Below are positions 1 through 8,000 of a DNA stretch of 11,702 bases, in pieces. The notes beneath the pieces were generated by a model. The model made no database searches. It saw only the letters and a program-made list of their open reading frames with translations, and was not told the origin of the DNA. Numbering within the stretch: position 1 is the first letter of the stretch; every line of letters begins with the position of its first letter. The position numbers and the translations under genes were made by a program. This DNA is from a virus. Lineage: Duplodnaviria > Heunggongvirae > Uroviricota > Caudoviricetes. The stretch lies in IMG/VR virus record IMGVR_UViG_2744054854_000004. One strand, 5' to 3'.

Positions 1-172
1 TTAAAAGATGAGCGGTTGAAATAAAAATGCATTTTTCCGCTTGTCTTCCTGAGCCGACTCCCTATAATGCGCCACCATCGACACGGCGGATGTGAATCAC
101 TTCACACAAACAGCCGGTTCGGTTGAAGAGAAAAATCCTGAAATTCAGGGTTGACTCTGAAAGAGGAAAGCG
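1..172 (+). promoter_or_regulatory. Fragment of an rRNA operon control region with tandem P1 and P2 promoters, rightward facing, truncated by the gap
   Basis: P1-like: AT-rich UP-like tract about 17..38, -35 TTGTCT 41..46, 16-bp spacer, -10 TATAAT 63..68, GC-rich discriminator GCGCCACC 69..76. P2-like: -35 TTGACT 151..156 in the context GGGTTGACTCTGAAAGAGGAAAGCG that I recall from E. coli rrn P2 regions; its -10 would lie in the N run. Which of the seven rrn operons it is cannot be told from this fragment. Confidence 0.7.
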
Positions 173-272
173 NNNNNNNNNNNNNNNNNNNNNNNNNNNN
201 NNNNNNNNNNNNNNNNNNNNNNNNNNNNNNNNNNNNNNNNNNNNNNNNNNNNNNNNNNNNNNNNNNNNNNNN
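173..272. other. Assembly or scaffold gap (run of exactly 100 N)
   Basis: Counted 100 consecutive N characters; a conventional unknown-size gap. The two sides are not demonstrably adjacent. Confidence 0.98.
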
Positions 273-367
273 AGCCAATAAGCATGATCATCCCCCTGAA
301 TAAAAACCGGAGATGATGCCAGTTAGCCGTTATCTCTGCATTTTCATAAACGTTGGTTTGGGAGAAG
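273..367. repeat. Left copy of a perfect 95-bp inverted repeat (reverse complement of 2095..2189), truncated by the gap
   Basis: Checked base by base: the reverse complement of 273..367 is identical to 2095..2189. It includes an inverted copy of the invertase gene start and upstream region. Confidence 0.9.
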
Positions 368-648
368 GTGCTAACTGGGTTATGTTACCTGGAGGAATGA
401 TAATTCAGCGTGTTTATCTTGGATTTCCTATTGGCACCAATGTAAGACACATAACTTTCCCCCGGTCGTTTACAACAACGAACTATTCCATCTCAATTAA
501 CTGGAATGATATCGGTACTGTAACAACTGAAACACAATCGCCAGCAAATGTGGCGGTTGTTCATCAAACAAAATCATTAACAGGGGCCAGCATCTGGCAG
601 GCAGGTCCCGGAGGATTTAATGTGGACATTATAGCGGTGGGGTATTGA
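313..648 (+). CDS. Tail fibre variable C-terminal segment, cassette A (Mu Sv / P2 gpH C-terminus-like). The ATG at 313 is probably not a real start; the frame is meant to be entered from a constant fibre gene outside the segment
   Basis: ORF crosses the left hix-like site in frame; the first 14 codons lie in the inverted copy of the invertase upstream region. Stop TGA 646..648 is 1 nt before the downstream ATG at 650. Confidence 0.6.
   Translation: MMPVSRYLCIFINVGLGEGANWVMLPGGMIIQRVYLGFPIGTNVRHITFPRSFTTTNYSISINWNDIGTVTTETQSPANVAVVHQTKSLTGASIWQAGPGGFNVDIIAVGY
341..366. other. hix/gix/cix-like recombination site (left), 12-2-12 architecture
   Basis: TTTTCATAAACG-TT-GGTTTGGGAGAA: imperfect dyad around a central dinucleotide at 353..354 with the AAACC/GGTTT-type core typical of Hin/Gin/Cin/Pin crossover sites (half-site consensus recalled as TTATCNAAAACC). 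Confidence 0.65.
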
Positions 649-649
649 T

Positions 650-1078
650 ATGTACGTATGGAGCGCTAAAGCAAATGGCTTTTTCCCCATATCGGAGAAA
701 GAAAAATTTGAGGCATCAGGTCTGTGGCCTGATGATGGTGTAATAGTCAGTGAGGAAGAACATAAAAAGTTATTTATGGATATTCCACCAGGAAAACAGA
801 TTGGAACACTGAATGGAAAACCAGCACTGATAGATATTCCTCAGCCGACCAAAAAGGAATTAATAGCTATTGCTGAAGTTAAAAAATCCCAATTACGGGA
901 AAAAGCTGACAGTGAAATATCCTGGCGTCAGGATGCTGTTGATGCTGATATCGCAACTGATGAAGAAACTTCAACTCTCACCGAATGGAAGAAATACCGT
1001 GTGCTGCTGATGCGTGTTGATACTTCAACAGCACCCGATATTGAATGGCCTACGCCTCCGGCAGTTCAGGCCAGATGA
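650..1078 (+). CDS. Tail fibre assembly chaperone, cassette A (Tfa; Mu U / P2 gpG family)
   Basis: 142 aa with the characteristic Tfa C-terminal motif [15 protein letters not shown]; tightly coupled to the upstream fibre segment. Confidence 0.85.
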   Translation: MYVWSAKANGFFPISEKEKFEASGLWPDDGVIVSEEEHKKLFMDIPPGKQIGTLNGKPALIDIPQPTKKELIAIAEVKKSQLREKADSEISWRQDAVDADIATDEETSTLTEWKKYRVLLMRVDTSTAPDIEWPTPPAVQAR

Positions 1079-1643
1079 CATCCGGCGCGGTGCTGGTATC
1101 TGTTGCCGTCACCGCGTCAATGTAATCCAGCACAGCGTTAAGCCGGGTTGTTTCTGCCTGCGTCAGTTTCCGCCCGGCCTGTAATTTCAGCTGAATCAGA
1201 CTAATGGAAGCCATTGCTGCATCAATCAGTGACTGGCGCTGTGCTTCTGCCGCTTCTACTGCGGCATCGTGTTGTGCCTCAGTATCTGTCACCCATTTCT
1301 CACCATCCCATTTATCATATGGCGTTAACGGTGAAAGCGTGACATAACCGTCTTTGATGGCACCGATATAATCCACTGTAACAGCTGCGCCATTTTCTGT
1401 TGAGTAAACAGTCTCATTGCGATGGTCTTCTTCATGGCTCCATCCCTTACCCGTGAATACTGCCACTTGCCCCGGAATGTATTCGCCCGGGTCAATACCA
1501 GTGGAACAGGCGGGCATACTTACGCCAGTATTAATATATTCATCAGACCAGCCCGTATATTCAGACGTTACTGCATCATAATAAAAACAACGCATATCGC
1601 CCGGCACTGTAGCCAGTCCATTTTCATCAAAAACAGGTTTCAT
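1050..1643 (-). CDS. Tail fibre assembly chaperone, cassette B (Tfa family), convergent with cassette A
   Basis: 197 aa ending in [17 protein letters not shown]. Its start ATG (1641..1643, minus strand) overlaps the stop TAA of the upstream fibre segment (TAATG). 3' ends of the two tfa genes overlap by 29 bp (1050..1078). Confidence 0.85.
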   Translation of the reverse strand: MKPVFDENGLATVPGDMRCFYYDAVTSEYTGWSDEYINTGVSMPACSTGIDPGEYIPGQVAVFTGKGWSHEEDHRNETVYSTENGAAVTVDYIGAIKDGYVTLSPLTPYDKWDGEKWVTDTEAQHDAAVEAAEAQRQSLIDAAMASISLIQLKLQAGRKLTQAETTRLNAVLDYIDAVTATDTSTAPDVIWPELPEA

Positions 1644-2149
1644 TATGCAGCCCTCACAATATAATTAAAGGCGATGTTACGTGGACGGTTTTCATTAGCT
1701 GTTGGCACGACACGAGAGGCGTCGAATCCAAGGTCATCGGTTTTGCCTATAGCAGTTGTGTTATTCGCCATTGTCGCTGATCGTGTTCCTGCATCGTAAA
1801 AAGCCCCTCTGATTGCATCAAAAGACATGCCGATCCCGCCATCTGCGAATCCCTCAATATTTCTTATTGCATCCCCCTGTGAAGATAATAATTGTCGCCC
1901 GGCATCCACTCCACGTCCGTCATCCCAGCCACGAATAAATTCACCGCGTAAATCAGGCAATTTATTTGTCGGGTAAGCCTTTGCCAGTTCCGGGTATTCT
2001 TCAGCAGAAAAAGCTGCTCCGTTGCATTTTAGCCAGCCTGTTGGCGGAGTGGCTGAGGGCCACGGAACAGGCACACCAACAGGTAATGCAGAGCCTTCTC
2101 CCAAACCAACGTTTATGAAAATGCAGAGATAACGGCTAACTGGCATCAT
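1643..2149 (-). CDS. Tail fibre variable C-terminal segment, cassette B, with a tail-collar-like receptor-binding motif; the annotated start lies outside the crossover site and is probably artefactual
   Basis: Contains GWLKCNGAAFSAEEYPELAKAY...LPDLRGEFIRGW, which matches the phage tail collar domain pattern (C-x-G...YP-L...LPDLRG-F-R). Frame crosses the right hix-like site. Confidence 0.65.
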   Translation of the reverse strand: MMPVSRYLCIFINVGLGEGSALPVGVPVPWPSATPPTGWLKCNGAAFSAEEYPELAKAYPTNKLPDLRGEFIRGWDDGRGVDAGRQLLSSQGDAIRNIEGFADGGIGMSFDAIRGAFYDAGTRSATMANNTTAIGKTDDLGFDASRVVPTANENRPRNIAFNYIVRAA

Positions 2150-2189
2150 CTCCGGTTTTTATTCAGGGGGATGATCATGCTTATTGGCT
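2095..2189. repeat. Right copy of the 95-bp inverted repeat, overlapping the invertase promoter and first codons
   Basis: Exact reverse complement of 273..367. Confidence 0.9.
2096..2121. other. hix/gix/cix-like recombination site (right), about 50 bp upstream of the invertase gene
   Basis: TTCTCCCAAACC-AA-CGTTTATGAAAA, central AA at 2108..2109; mirror image of the left site. Confidence 0.7.
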
Positions 2190-2743
2190 ATGTACGCGTG
2201 TCAACAAATGACCAGAACACCGATTTGCAACGCAATGCACTGAACTGTGCGGGATGTGAGCGGATTTTTGAGGATAAAATCAGTGGCACCAAGTCCGACA
2301 GACCGGGGCTGAAAAAGCTGCTCAGGACACTATCGGCAGGAGACACGCTGGTTGTCTGGAAGCTGGACAGACTGGGGCGCAGTATGCGGCATCTTGTTAC
2401 GCTGATAGAAGAGCTGCGCCAGCGTGGCGTGAATTTCCGAAGCCTGACTGACAGTATTGATACCAGTACCCCAATGGGCCGTTTCTTTTTTCATGTCATG
2501 GGTGCCCTGGCTGAAATGGAACGCGAACTGATAGTTGAACGTACCAGGGCGGGGCTGGCTGCAGCTCGTGCTAAAGGCAGAGTAGGTGGACGCCGTCCTA
2601 AGTTGACCAGCGAACAGTGGGCACAGATTGGGCGTTTACTCGAGGCCGGAGAATCAAGACAGCGTATTGCACTGATTTTTGATGTAGGCGTTTCTACCAT
2701 TTATCGAAAATTTCCGGCAAATAAGAACAATAAATCTCCCTGA
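2177..2743 (+). CDS. pin: Serine-recombinase DNA invertase of the Hin/Gin/Cin/Pin family
   Basis: MLIGYVRVSTNDQNTDLQRNAL... catalytic N-terminus with the active-site Ser in VRVST, conserved LVVWKLDRLGRS and MGRFFFHVMGALAEMERELI, C-terminal HTH (VSTIYRKF). Start chosen at 2177 (MLIGY, 7 nt after SD AGGGGG 2164..2169); the upstream in-frame ATG at 2171 is the alternative. Confidence 0.95.
   Translation: MLIGYVRVSTNDQNTDLQRNALNCAGCERIFEDKISGTKSDRPGLKKLLRTLSAGDTLVVWKLDRLGRSMRHLVTLIEELRQRGVNFRSLTDSIDTSTPMGRFFFHVMGALAEMERELIVERTRAGLAAARAKGRVGGRRPKLTSEQWAQIGRLLEAGESRQRIALIFDVGVSTIYRKFPANKNNKSP
2198..2270. promoter_or_regulatory. Putative Fis-dependent recombinational enhancer (sis-like) inside the 5' end of the invertase gene
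   Basis: GTGTCAACAAATGACC (2198..2213) and a second G/C-bounded AT-centred element about 48 bp downstream (around 2246..2264) resemble the two Fis sites of the hin/gin enhancers, which sit at the same position in those genes. Recalled by similarity, not computed. Confidence 0.45.
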
Positions 2744-2791
2744 ATCAGCTTTATTTTGATTATCCCTGAAAGCAGACAAATACCGTCATTT

Positions 2792-2809
2792 TGTGTGAAT
2801 AACGGTACA
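2792..2809 (+). promoter_or_regulatory. Ogr-type late promoter activator site (TGT-N12-ACA) for the FI tail operon
   Basis: TGT 2792..2794, 12 nt, ACA 2807..2809, centred about 85 bp upstream of the FI ATG, consistent with P2/186/P4 late promoters where this dyad is centred near -55. SD AGGAGG 2871..2876 precedes the FI ATG at 2886. Confidence 0.5.
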
Positions 2810-2885
2810 ACTGCGCTTAGCTGTTTGTCAGGCACAATCACTTCAACATAGGGCGAAGCCTAATCCAATCAGGAGGTTCGCCACT

Positions 2886-4058
2886 ATGGCTCAGGATTAC
2901 CACCACGGGGTGCGCGTTGTTGAAGTCAACGAAGGCACCCGATCCATTACCACGGTGAGCACCGCCATCGTGGGTATGGTCTGCACGGGCGATGATGCCG
3001 ATGCAAAAATGTTTCCTCTTAATAAACCCGTGCTGATCACTGATGTGCTGACTGCCAGCGGTAAAGCGGGTGAGTCAGGCACGCTGGCTCGTTCGCTGGA
3101 TGCCATCGCTGACCAGGCAAAACCCGTGACCGTTGTTGTGCGTGTGCCGCAGGGTGAAACGGAAGAAGAAACCACGACCAATATCATCGGAGCAGTGACC
3201 GCTGAAGGTAAAAAAACAGGCATGAAAGCCCTGTTATCTGCCCAGTCACAGCTCGGCGTTAAACCGCGCATTCTCGGCGTGCCAGGCCACGACACCAAGG
3301 CGGTAGCTACTGAGTTGCTGAGCGTGGCGCAAAGCCTGCGTGGGTTTGCTTACCTGTCAGCGTATGGCTGCAAGACAGTGCAGGAGGCGATCACTTACCG
3401 CGAAAACTTCAGCCAGCGCGAAGGGATGCTGATCTGGCCTGACTTTACTTGCTGGGACACGGTGCTGAATGCCGAAGCAACGGCATATGCCACCGCTCGT
3501 GCGCTCGGTCTGCGCGCCAAAATTGATGAGCAGACTGGATGGCACAAAAGCCTGTCCAACGTGGGCGTGAACGGTGTCACCGGAATTTCTGCAGATGTGT
3601 TCTGGGATCTGCAGGACCCGGCAACCGATGCAGGTCTGCTGAACCAGAACGACGTCACCACGCTTGTGCGTAAAGACGGTTTCCGCTTCTGGGGTTCCCG
3701 CTGCCTGAGTGATGACCCGCTCTTTGCCTTCGAAAACTACACCCGCACGGCGCAGGTGCTGATGGACACGATGGCAGAAGCACACATGTGGGCGGTGGAT
3801 AAACCGCTTAACCCGTCGCTGGCCCGCGACATTATCGAAGGTATCCGCGCCAAAATGCGCAGCCTGGTCAGTCAGGGCTATCTCATTGGTGGTGATTGCT
3901 GGCTGGATGAGTCGGTGAACGACAAAGACACGCTGAAAGCCGGAAAACTCACCATCGACTACGACTACACGCCAGTGCCGCCACTTGAAAACCTGATGCT
4001 GCGTCAGCGCATCACCGATCAGTACCTGGTGAATTTCGCCAGCCAGGTCAGCGCGTAA
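2886..4058 (+). CDS. FI: Contractile tail sheath protein (P2 gpFI homolog)
   Basis: 390 aa; strong recalled similarity to P2 FI ([56 protein letters not shown]). Confidence 0.95.
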   Translation: MAQDYHHGVRVVEVNEGTRSITTVSTAIVGMVCTGDDADAKMFPLNKPVLITDVLTASGKAGESGTLARSLDAIADQAKPVTVVVRVPQGETEEETTTNIIGAVTAEGKKTGMKALLSAQSQLGVKPRILGVPGHDTKAVATELLSVAQSLRGFAYLSAYGCKTVQEAITYRENFSQREGMLIWPDFTCWDTVLNAEATAYATARALGLRAKIDEQTGWHKSLSNVGVNGVTGISADVFWDLQDPATDAGLLNQNDVTTLVRKDGFRFWGSRCLSDDPLFAFENYTRTAQVLMDTMAEAHMWAVDKPLNPSLARDIIEGIRAKMRSLVSQGYLIGGDCWLDESVNDKDTLKAGKLTIDYDYTPVPPLENLMLRQRITDQYLVNFASQVSA

Positions 4059-4067
4059 GGGGACAAC

Positions 4068-4583
4068 ATGGCTTTACCACGCAAATTAAAACACCTGAAC
4101 CTGTTTAACGACGGGAACAACTGGCAGGGGATCGTTGAGTCGCTGACGCTGCCGAAATTTACCCGCAAATATGAGAAGTATCGCGGCGGCGGAATGCCGG
4201 GTGCGGTGGATGTGGATCTGGGGCTTGATGACAGTGCGCTGGACACAGAATTTTCCATTGGTGGTACTGAATTGCTGCTGTTTAAACAGATGGGTAAAGC
4301 CACGGTGGATGGCATCCAGCTGCGCTTTACCGGCTCTATTCAGCGTGACGATACCGGGGAAGTGCAGCCCGTGGAGCTTGTCGTGCGTGGACGTCACAAA
4401 GAAGTGGATTCCGGCGAGTGGAAGACGGGCGAAAGCAACACCACCAAAGTGACCAGTACCAACAGCTACGCGAAGCTGACCATCAATGGTGAGGTGCTCT
4501 ATGAAGTGGACCTTATCAACATGGTGGAAATTGTGGACGGTGTGGACCTGATGGAAGCGCACCGCAACGCCCTCGGCCTCTGA
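4068..4583 (+). CDS. FII: Tail tube protein (P2 gpFII homolog)
   Basis: 171 aa; starts 9 nt after the FI stop; P2 FII-like length and motifs (PRKLK, RDDTGE, VVRGR). Confidence 0.93.
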   Translation: MALPRKLKHLNLFNDGNNWQGIVESLTLPKFTRKYEKYRGGGMPGAVDVDLGLDDSALDTEFSIGGTELLLFKQMGKATVDGIQLRFTGSIQRDDTGEVQPVELVVRGRHKEVDSGEWKTGESNTTKVTSTNSYAKLTINGEVLYEVDLINMVEIVDGVDLMEAHRNALGL

Positions 4584-4637
4584 TATATCTGAACGGCGCG
4601 GGATACCGCGCCAGAACCCAATTGACAGGACAGCAAA

Positions 4638-4940
4638 ATGAGCGATAAGCAGACTGAAAAGACCATTCAACTGGATACCCCCATCAAGCGCGGTAAAACA
4701 GAAATCACCGAAATTGTGCTGCGTAAACCGCAGTCCGGTGCGCTGCGCGGTACACGCCTGCAGGCCATTATGGATATGGATGTAAACGCGATGATGACCG
4801 TGATCCCCCGCATCTCCAGTCCGGCACTGACTGCACAGGAAATTGCAGAGATGGACCCGGCAGATCTCACTGCCATGTCGGTTGAGGTTGTCACTTTTTT
4901 GTTGAAGAAGTCGGTGCTTGCCGGTTTACCGACAGCCTGA
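4638..4940 (+). CDS. E: Tail assembly chaperone gpE (zero-frame product)
   Basis: 100-aa ORF in the P2 E position immediately before the tape measure gene; contains the slippery heptamer near its 3' end. Confidence 0.85.
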   Translation: MSDKQTEKTIQLDTPIKRGKTEITEIVLRKPQSGALRGTRLQAIMDMDVNAMMTVIPRISSPALTAQEIAEMDPADLTAMSVEVVTFLLKKSVLAGLPTA

Positions 4941-5074
4941 CGGTTGACGATCTGGTGGCAGATATCGCCACCATTTTTCACTGGCCGCCATCCGTTACTG
5001 ACGTTATGCCGCTGACCGAAGTGCTGGAATGGCGGTATAAAGCGATTCAGAGAAGCGGGGCCAACGATGAGTGA
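4638..5074 (+). CDS. E': gpE+E' fusion made by programmed -1 ribosomal frameshift at T-TTT-TTG (4895..4901)
   Basis: Slippery heptamer is in the X-XXY-YYZ register of the E frame. The -1 frame stays open from 4898 to TGA 5072..5074 (translated by hand: ...FFVEEVGACRFTDSLTVDDLVADIATIFHWPPSVTDVMPLTEVLEWRYKAIQRSGANDE), ending 8 nt into the T gene, as in the P2 E/E' arrangement. Confidence 0.7.
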
Positions 5075-8000
5075 TAACAACCTGCGTCTGCAGGTCATTC
5101 TTAATGCGGTTGACAAGCTCACCCGCCCATTTCGATCTGCGCAGGCCAGTTCAAGAGAACTGGCTGCTGCTGTCAAAAAATCCCGCGATGCAATAAAGCA
5201 GCTTGATCAGGCCGGGAGCAGTCTGGACAGCTTCCGAAAGCTGCAGGCAGAAAATCAGAAATTAGGCGACAGGCTGAACTATGCCCGCCAGCGTGCAAAT
5301 TTGCTCAGTCAGGAACTGGGAGCGATGGGGCCGCCTTCGCAACGTCAGGTTGTTGCTCTGGGCCGTCAACGGCTGGCTGTTCAGCGCCTGGAAGAACGCC
5401 AGAAAAAGCTGCAGCAGCAGACGGCGCTTGTGCGTGCTGAACTGTACCGGGCGGGAATTTCTGCGAAAGACGATGCGGGAGCAACTGCCCGTTTAGCCCG
5501 TGAAACATCACGTTATAACCAGGAACTTTCGAAACAGGAGGCGCGGCTGAAGCGACTGGGGGAAGCTCAGCGCAGGATGAATGCAGCGCGTGCCAGTTAT
5601 GCCAGCTCGCTGGAGGTGCGCGATCGCATCGCAGGAGCCGGAGCCACTACCACGGCTGCAGGGCTGGCAATGGGTGCGCCAGTGATGGCAGCAGTAAAAA
5701 GCTATACCAGCATGGAAGATGCCATGAAAGGTGTGGCAAAGCAGGTCAATGGTCTGCGTGATGATAATGGCAACCGCACTGCGCGTTTTTACGAAATGCA
5801 GGATGCCATCAAGGCTGCCAGCGAACAGTTGCCGATGGAAAACGGTGCTGTGGACTTTGCCGCACTGGTTGAAGGTGGTGCGCGCATGAACGTCGCAAAT
5901 CCTGACGACAGCTGGGAAGACCAGAAACGTGACCTGCTGGCCTTCGCCAGTACGGCAGCAAAGGCTGCAACAGCCTTTGAGCTGCCAGCGGATGAACTGT
6001 CAGAAAGTCTGGGGAAAATCGCCCAGCTCTACAAAATCCCTACCCGCAATATTGAACAGCTCGGTGATGCGCTGAACTATCTGGATGATAACGCCATGTC
6101 GAAAGGGGCAGACATCATTGATGTCATGCAACGTCTGGGCGGTGTGGCTGACCGTCTGGATTATCGTAAAGCGGCGGCGCTGGGTTCCACCTTCCTGACA
6201 CTGGGCGCTGCGCCGGAGGTTGCAGCCAGTGCAGCAAATGCGATGGTGCGTGAATTGTCCATTGCCACCATGCAGAGCAAGAGTTTCTTTGAAGGGATGA
6301 ATCTGCTGAAACTCAATCCTGAAGTGATTGAAAAGCAGATGACGAAGGATGCGATGGGAACTATCCAGCGTGTGCTGGAGAAGGTGAACGCACTGCCGCA
6401 GGATAAGCGTCTGTCTGCCATGACCATGTTGTTTGGTAAAGAGTTTGGAGATGACGCGGCGAAACTGGCAAACAACCTTCCGGAACTGCAGCGCCAGTTA
6501 AAACTGACAGCGGGCAATGATGCGCTCGGTTCCATGCAGAAAGAATCCGACATCAACAAAGACTCACTTTCTGCTCAGTGGTTGCTGGTCAAAACCGGAG
6601 CGCAGAACACCTTCAGCAGCCTGGGCGAAACGCTGCGCCAGCCGCTGATGGATATTCTGTACACGGTGAAAAGCGTCACGGGGGCGTTGCGTCGCTGGGT
6701 GGAAGCTAACCCGGAACTGACAGGCACACTGATGAAAGCGTCGGCCGTTGTGGCTGCGGTTACCGTCGGCCTCGGCACCTTAGCGGTGGCGCTGGCTGCA
6801 GTGCTGGGGCCGCTGGCAGTGATCCGTCTGGGATTCTCTGTGCTGGGTATCAAAACGTTACCTTCCGTTACGGCAGCAGTAACACGAACCAGCAGCGCGT
6901 TGTCCTGGCTGGCTGGCGCTCCACTGGCACTGCTGCGACGCGGGCTTGCTTCATCGGGCAATGCTGCGGGTTTACTTACTGCGCCGTTGTCATCTTTGCG
7001 CCGTACGGCATCACTGACGGGAAATGTCCTGAAAACTGTAGCAGGTGCGCCAGTTGCACTGTTGCGGTCTGGATTATCCGGTTTACGTGCGGTTGCTGTG
7101 ATGTTTATGAATCCACTGGCGGTACTGCGCGGTGGACTGACCGCCGCAGGCGCGGTGCTGCGAGTGCTGGCATCTGGTCCGCTGGCGATGCTGCGCGTTG
7201 CTCTGTATGCCGTATCTGGTCTGTTAGGTGCTCTGCTCAGTCCGATAGGTCTTGTGGTTACTGCACTGGCGGGCGTGGCGCTGGTTGTCTGGAAATACTG
7301 GCAACCCATCACCGCATTTCTCGGTGGCGTGGTGGAAGGATTCAAAGCGGCGGCAGGTCCCGTCAGTGCTGCATTCGAACCACTTAAGCCTGTGTTTCAG
7401 TGGATTGGCGACAAAGTACAGGCGCTGTGGGGCTGGTTTACTGATCTGCTTACGCCCGTTAAGTCGACCTCTGCCGAACTGCAGAGTGCAGCGGCAATGG
7501 GGCGACGATTCGGGGAGGCACTGGCGGAAGGGCTGAATATGGTCATGCATCCGCTGGACTCCCTGAAATCCGGCGTTTCCTGGTTGCTGGAGAAGCTCGG
7601 CATTGTCAGTAAAGAGGCCGCAAAGGCAAAACTGCCGGAAAGCGTGACGCGTCAGCAACCTGCGACGGTGAATGCAGACGGTAAAGTGATGATGCCATCG
7701 GGTGGTTTTCCATCATGGGGATATGGCTTTGCGGGAATGTATGACAGCGGCGGGTATATCCCGCGCGGGCAGTTTGGCATCGTCGGTGAAAACGGGCCGG
7801 AAATTGTTAACGGCCCGGCAAATGTGACCAGCCGGAGAAATACAGCTGCACTGGCTGCCGTTGTTGCCGGAATGATGGGCGTTGCTGCCGCGCCTGCAGA
7901 GCTTCCACCGTTGCACCCTTTGGCACTTCCCGCGAAAGGCGGCGAAGCGATGGTGAGTCGTGCAGCCACTGTGCCGCCCGTTCAACGGATTGAGGCACCG

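Larger units (their letters stand above)
354..2108. other. Invertible DNA segment (about 1.75 kb) carrying two alternative tail-fibre tip and chaperone cassettes; analogous to Mu G, P1 C and e14 P segments
   Basis: Bounded by the two hix-like sites with the invertase gene immediately outside. Contents are two convergent pairs of fibre C-terminal ORF plus Tfa gene. Both fibre ORFs share the peptide GLGEG encoded just inside the half-sites and then diverge. Confidence 0.8.

Noticed and set aside
1620-1647. Possible third hix-like site (TTTTCATCAAAAACAGGTTTCATTATGC) inside the segment, which would imply a multi-site shufflon
   Set aside because: It shares TTTTCAT and GTTTCA with the real sites but lacks the correctly spaced AAACC-NN-GGTTT core, and it coincides with the stop/start overlap of a fibre tip and its chaperone, where crossover would separate a tip from its chaperone. 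Most likely chance or degenerate resemblance.
1422-1664. 80-aa plus-strand ORF
   Set aside because: Lies entirely antisense within the cassette B Tfa gene; no RBS; low-complexity product.
313-2149. ATG codons at 313 (plus strand) and 2149 (minus strand) as genuine starts of independent proteins beginning [19 protein letters not shown]
   Set aside because: Both ATGs lie in the 95-bp inverted repeat outside the crossover sites, in the invertase upstream region and its inverted copy. The identical N-termini are a consequence of the repeat, and the real frames are entered from an external constant fibre gene.
2491-2700. 69-aa minus-strand ORF
   Set aside because: Antisense within the well-conserved invertase gene.
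2897-5176. Multiple minus-strand and alternative-frame ORFs (2897..3298, 3357..3785, 3395..3661, 4019..4315, 4086..4670, 4171..4452, 4667..5176)
   Set aside because: All are embedded in or antisense to the clearly homologous FI, FII and E genes; typical spurious ORFs of GC-rich coding DNA.
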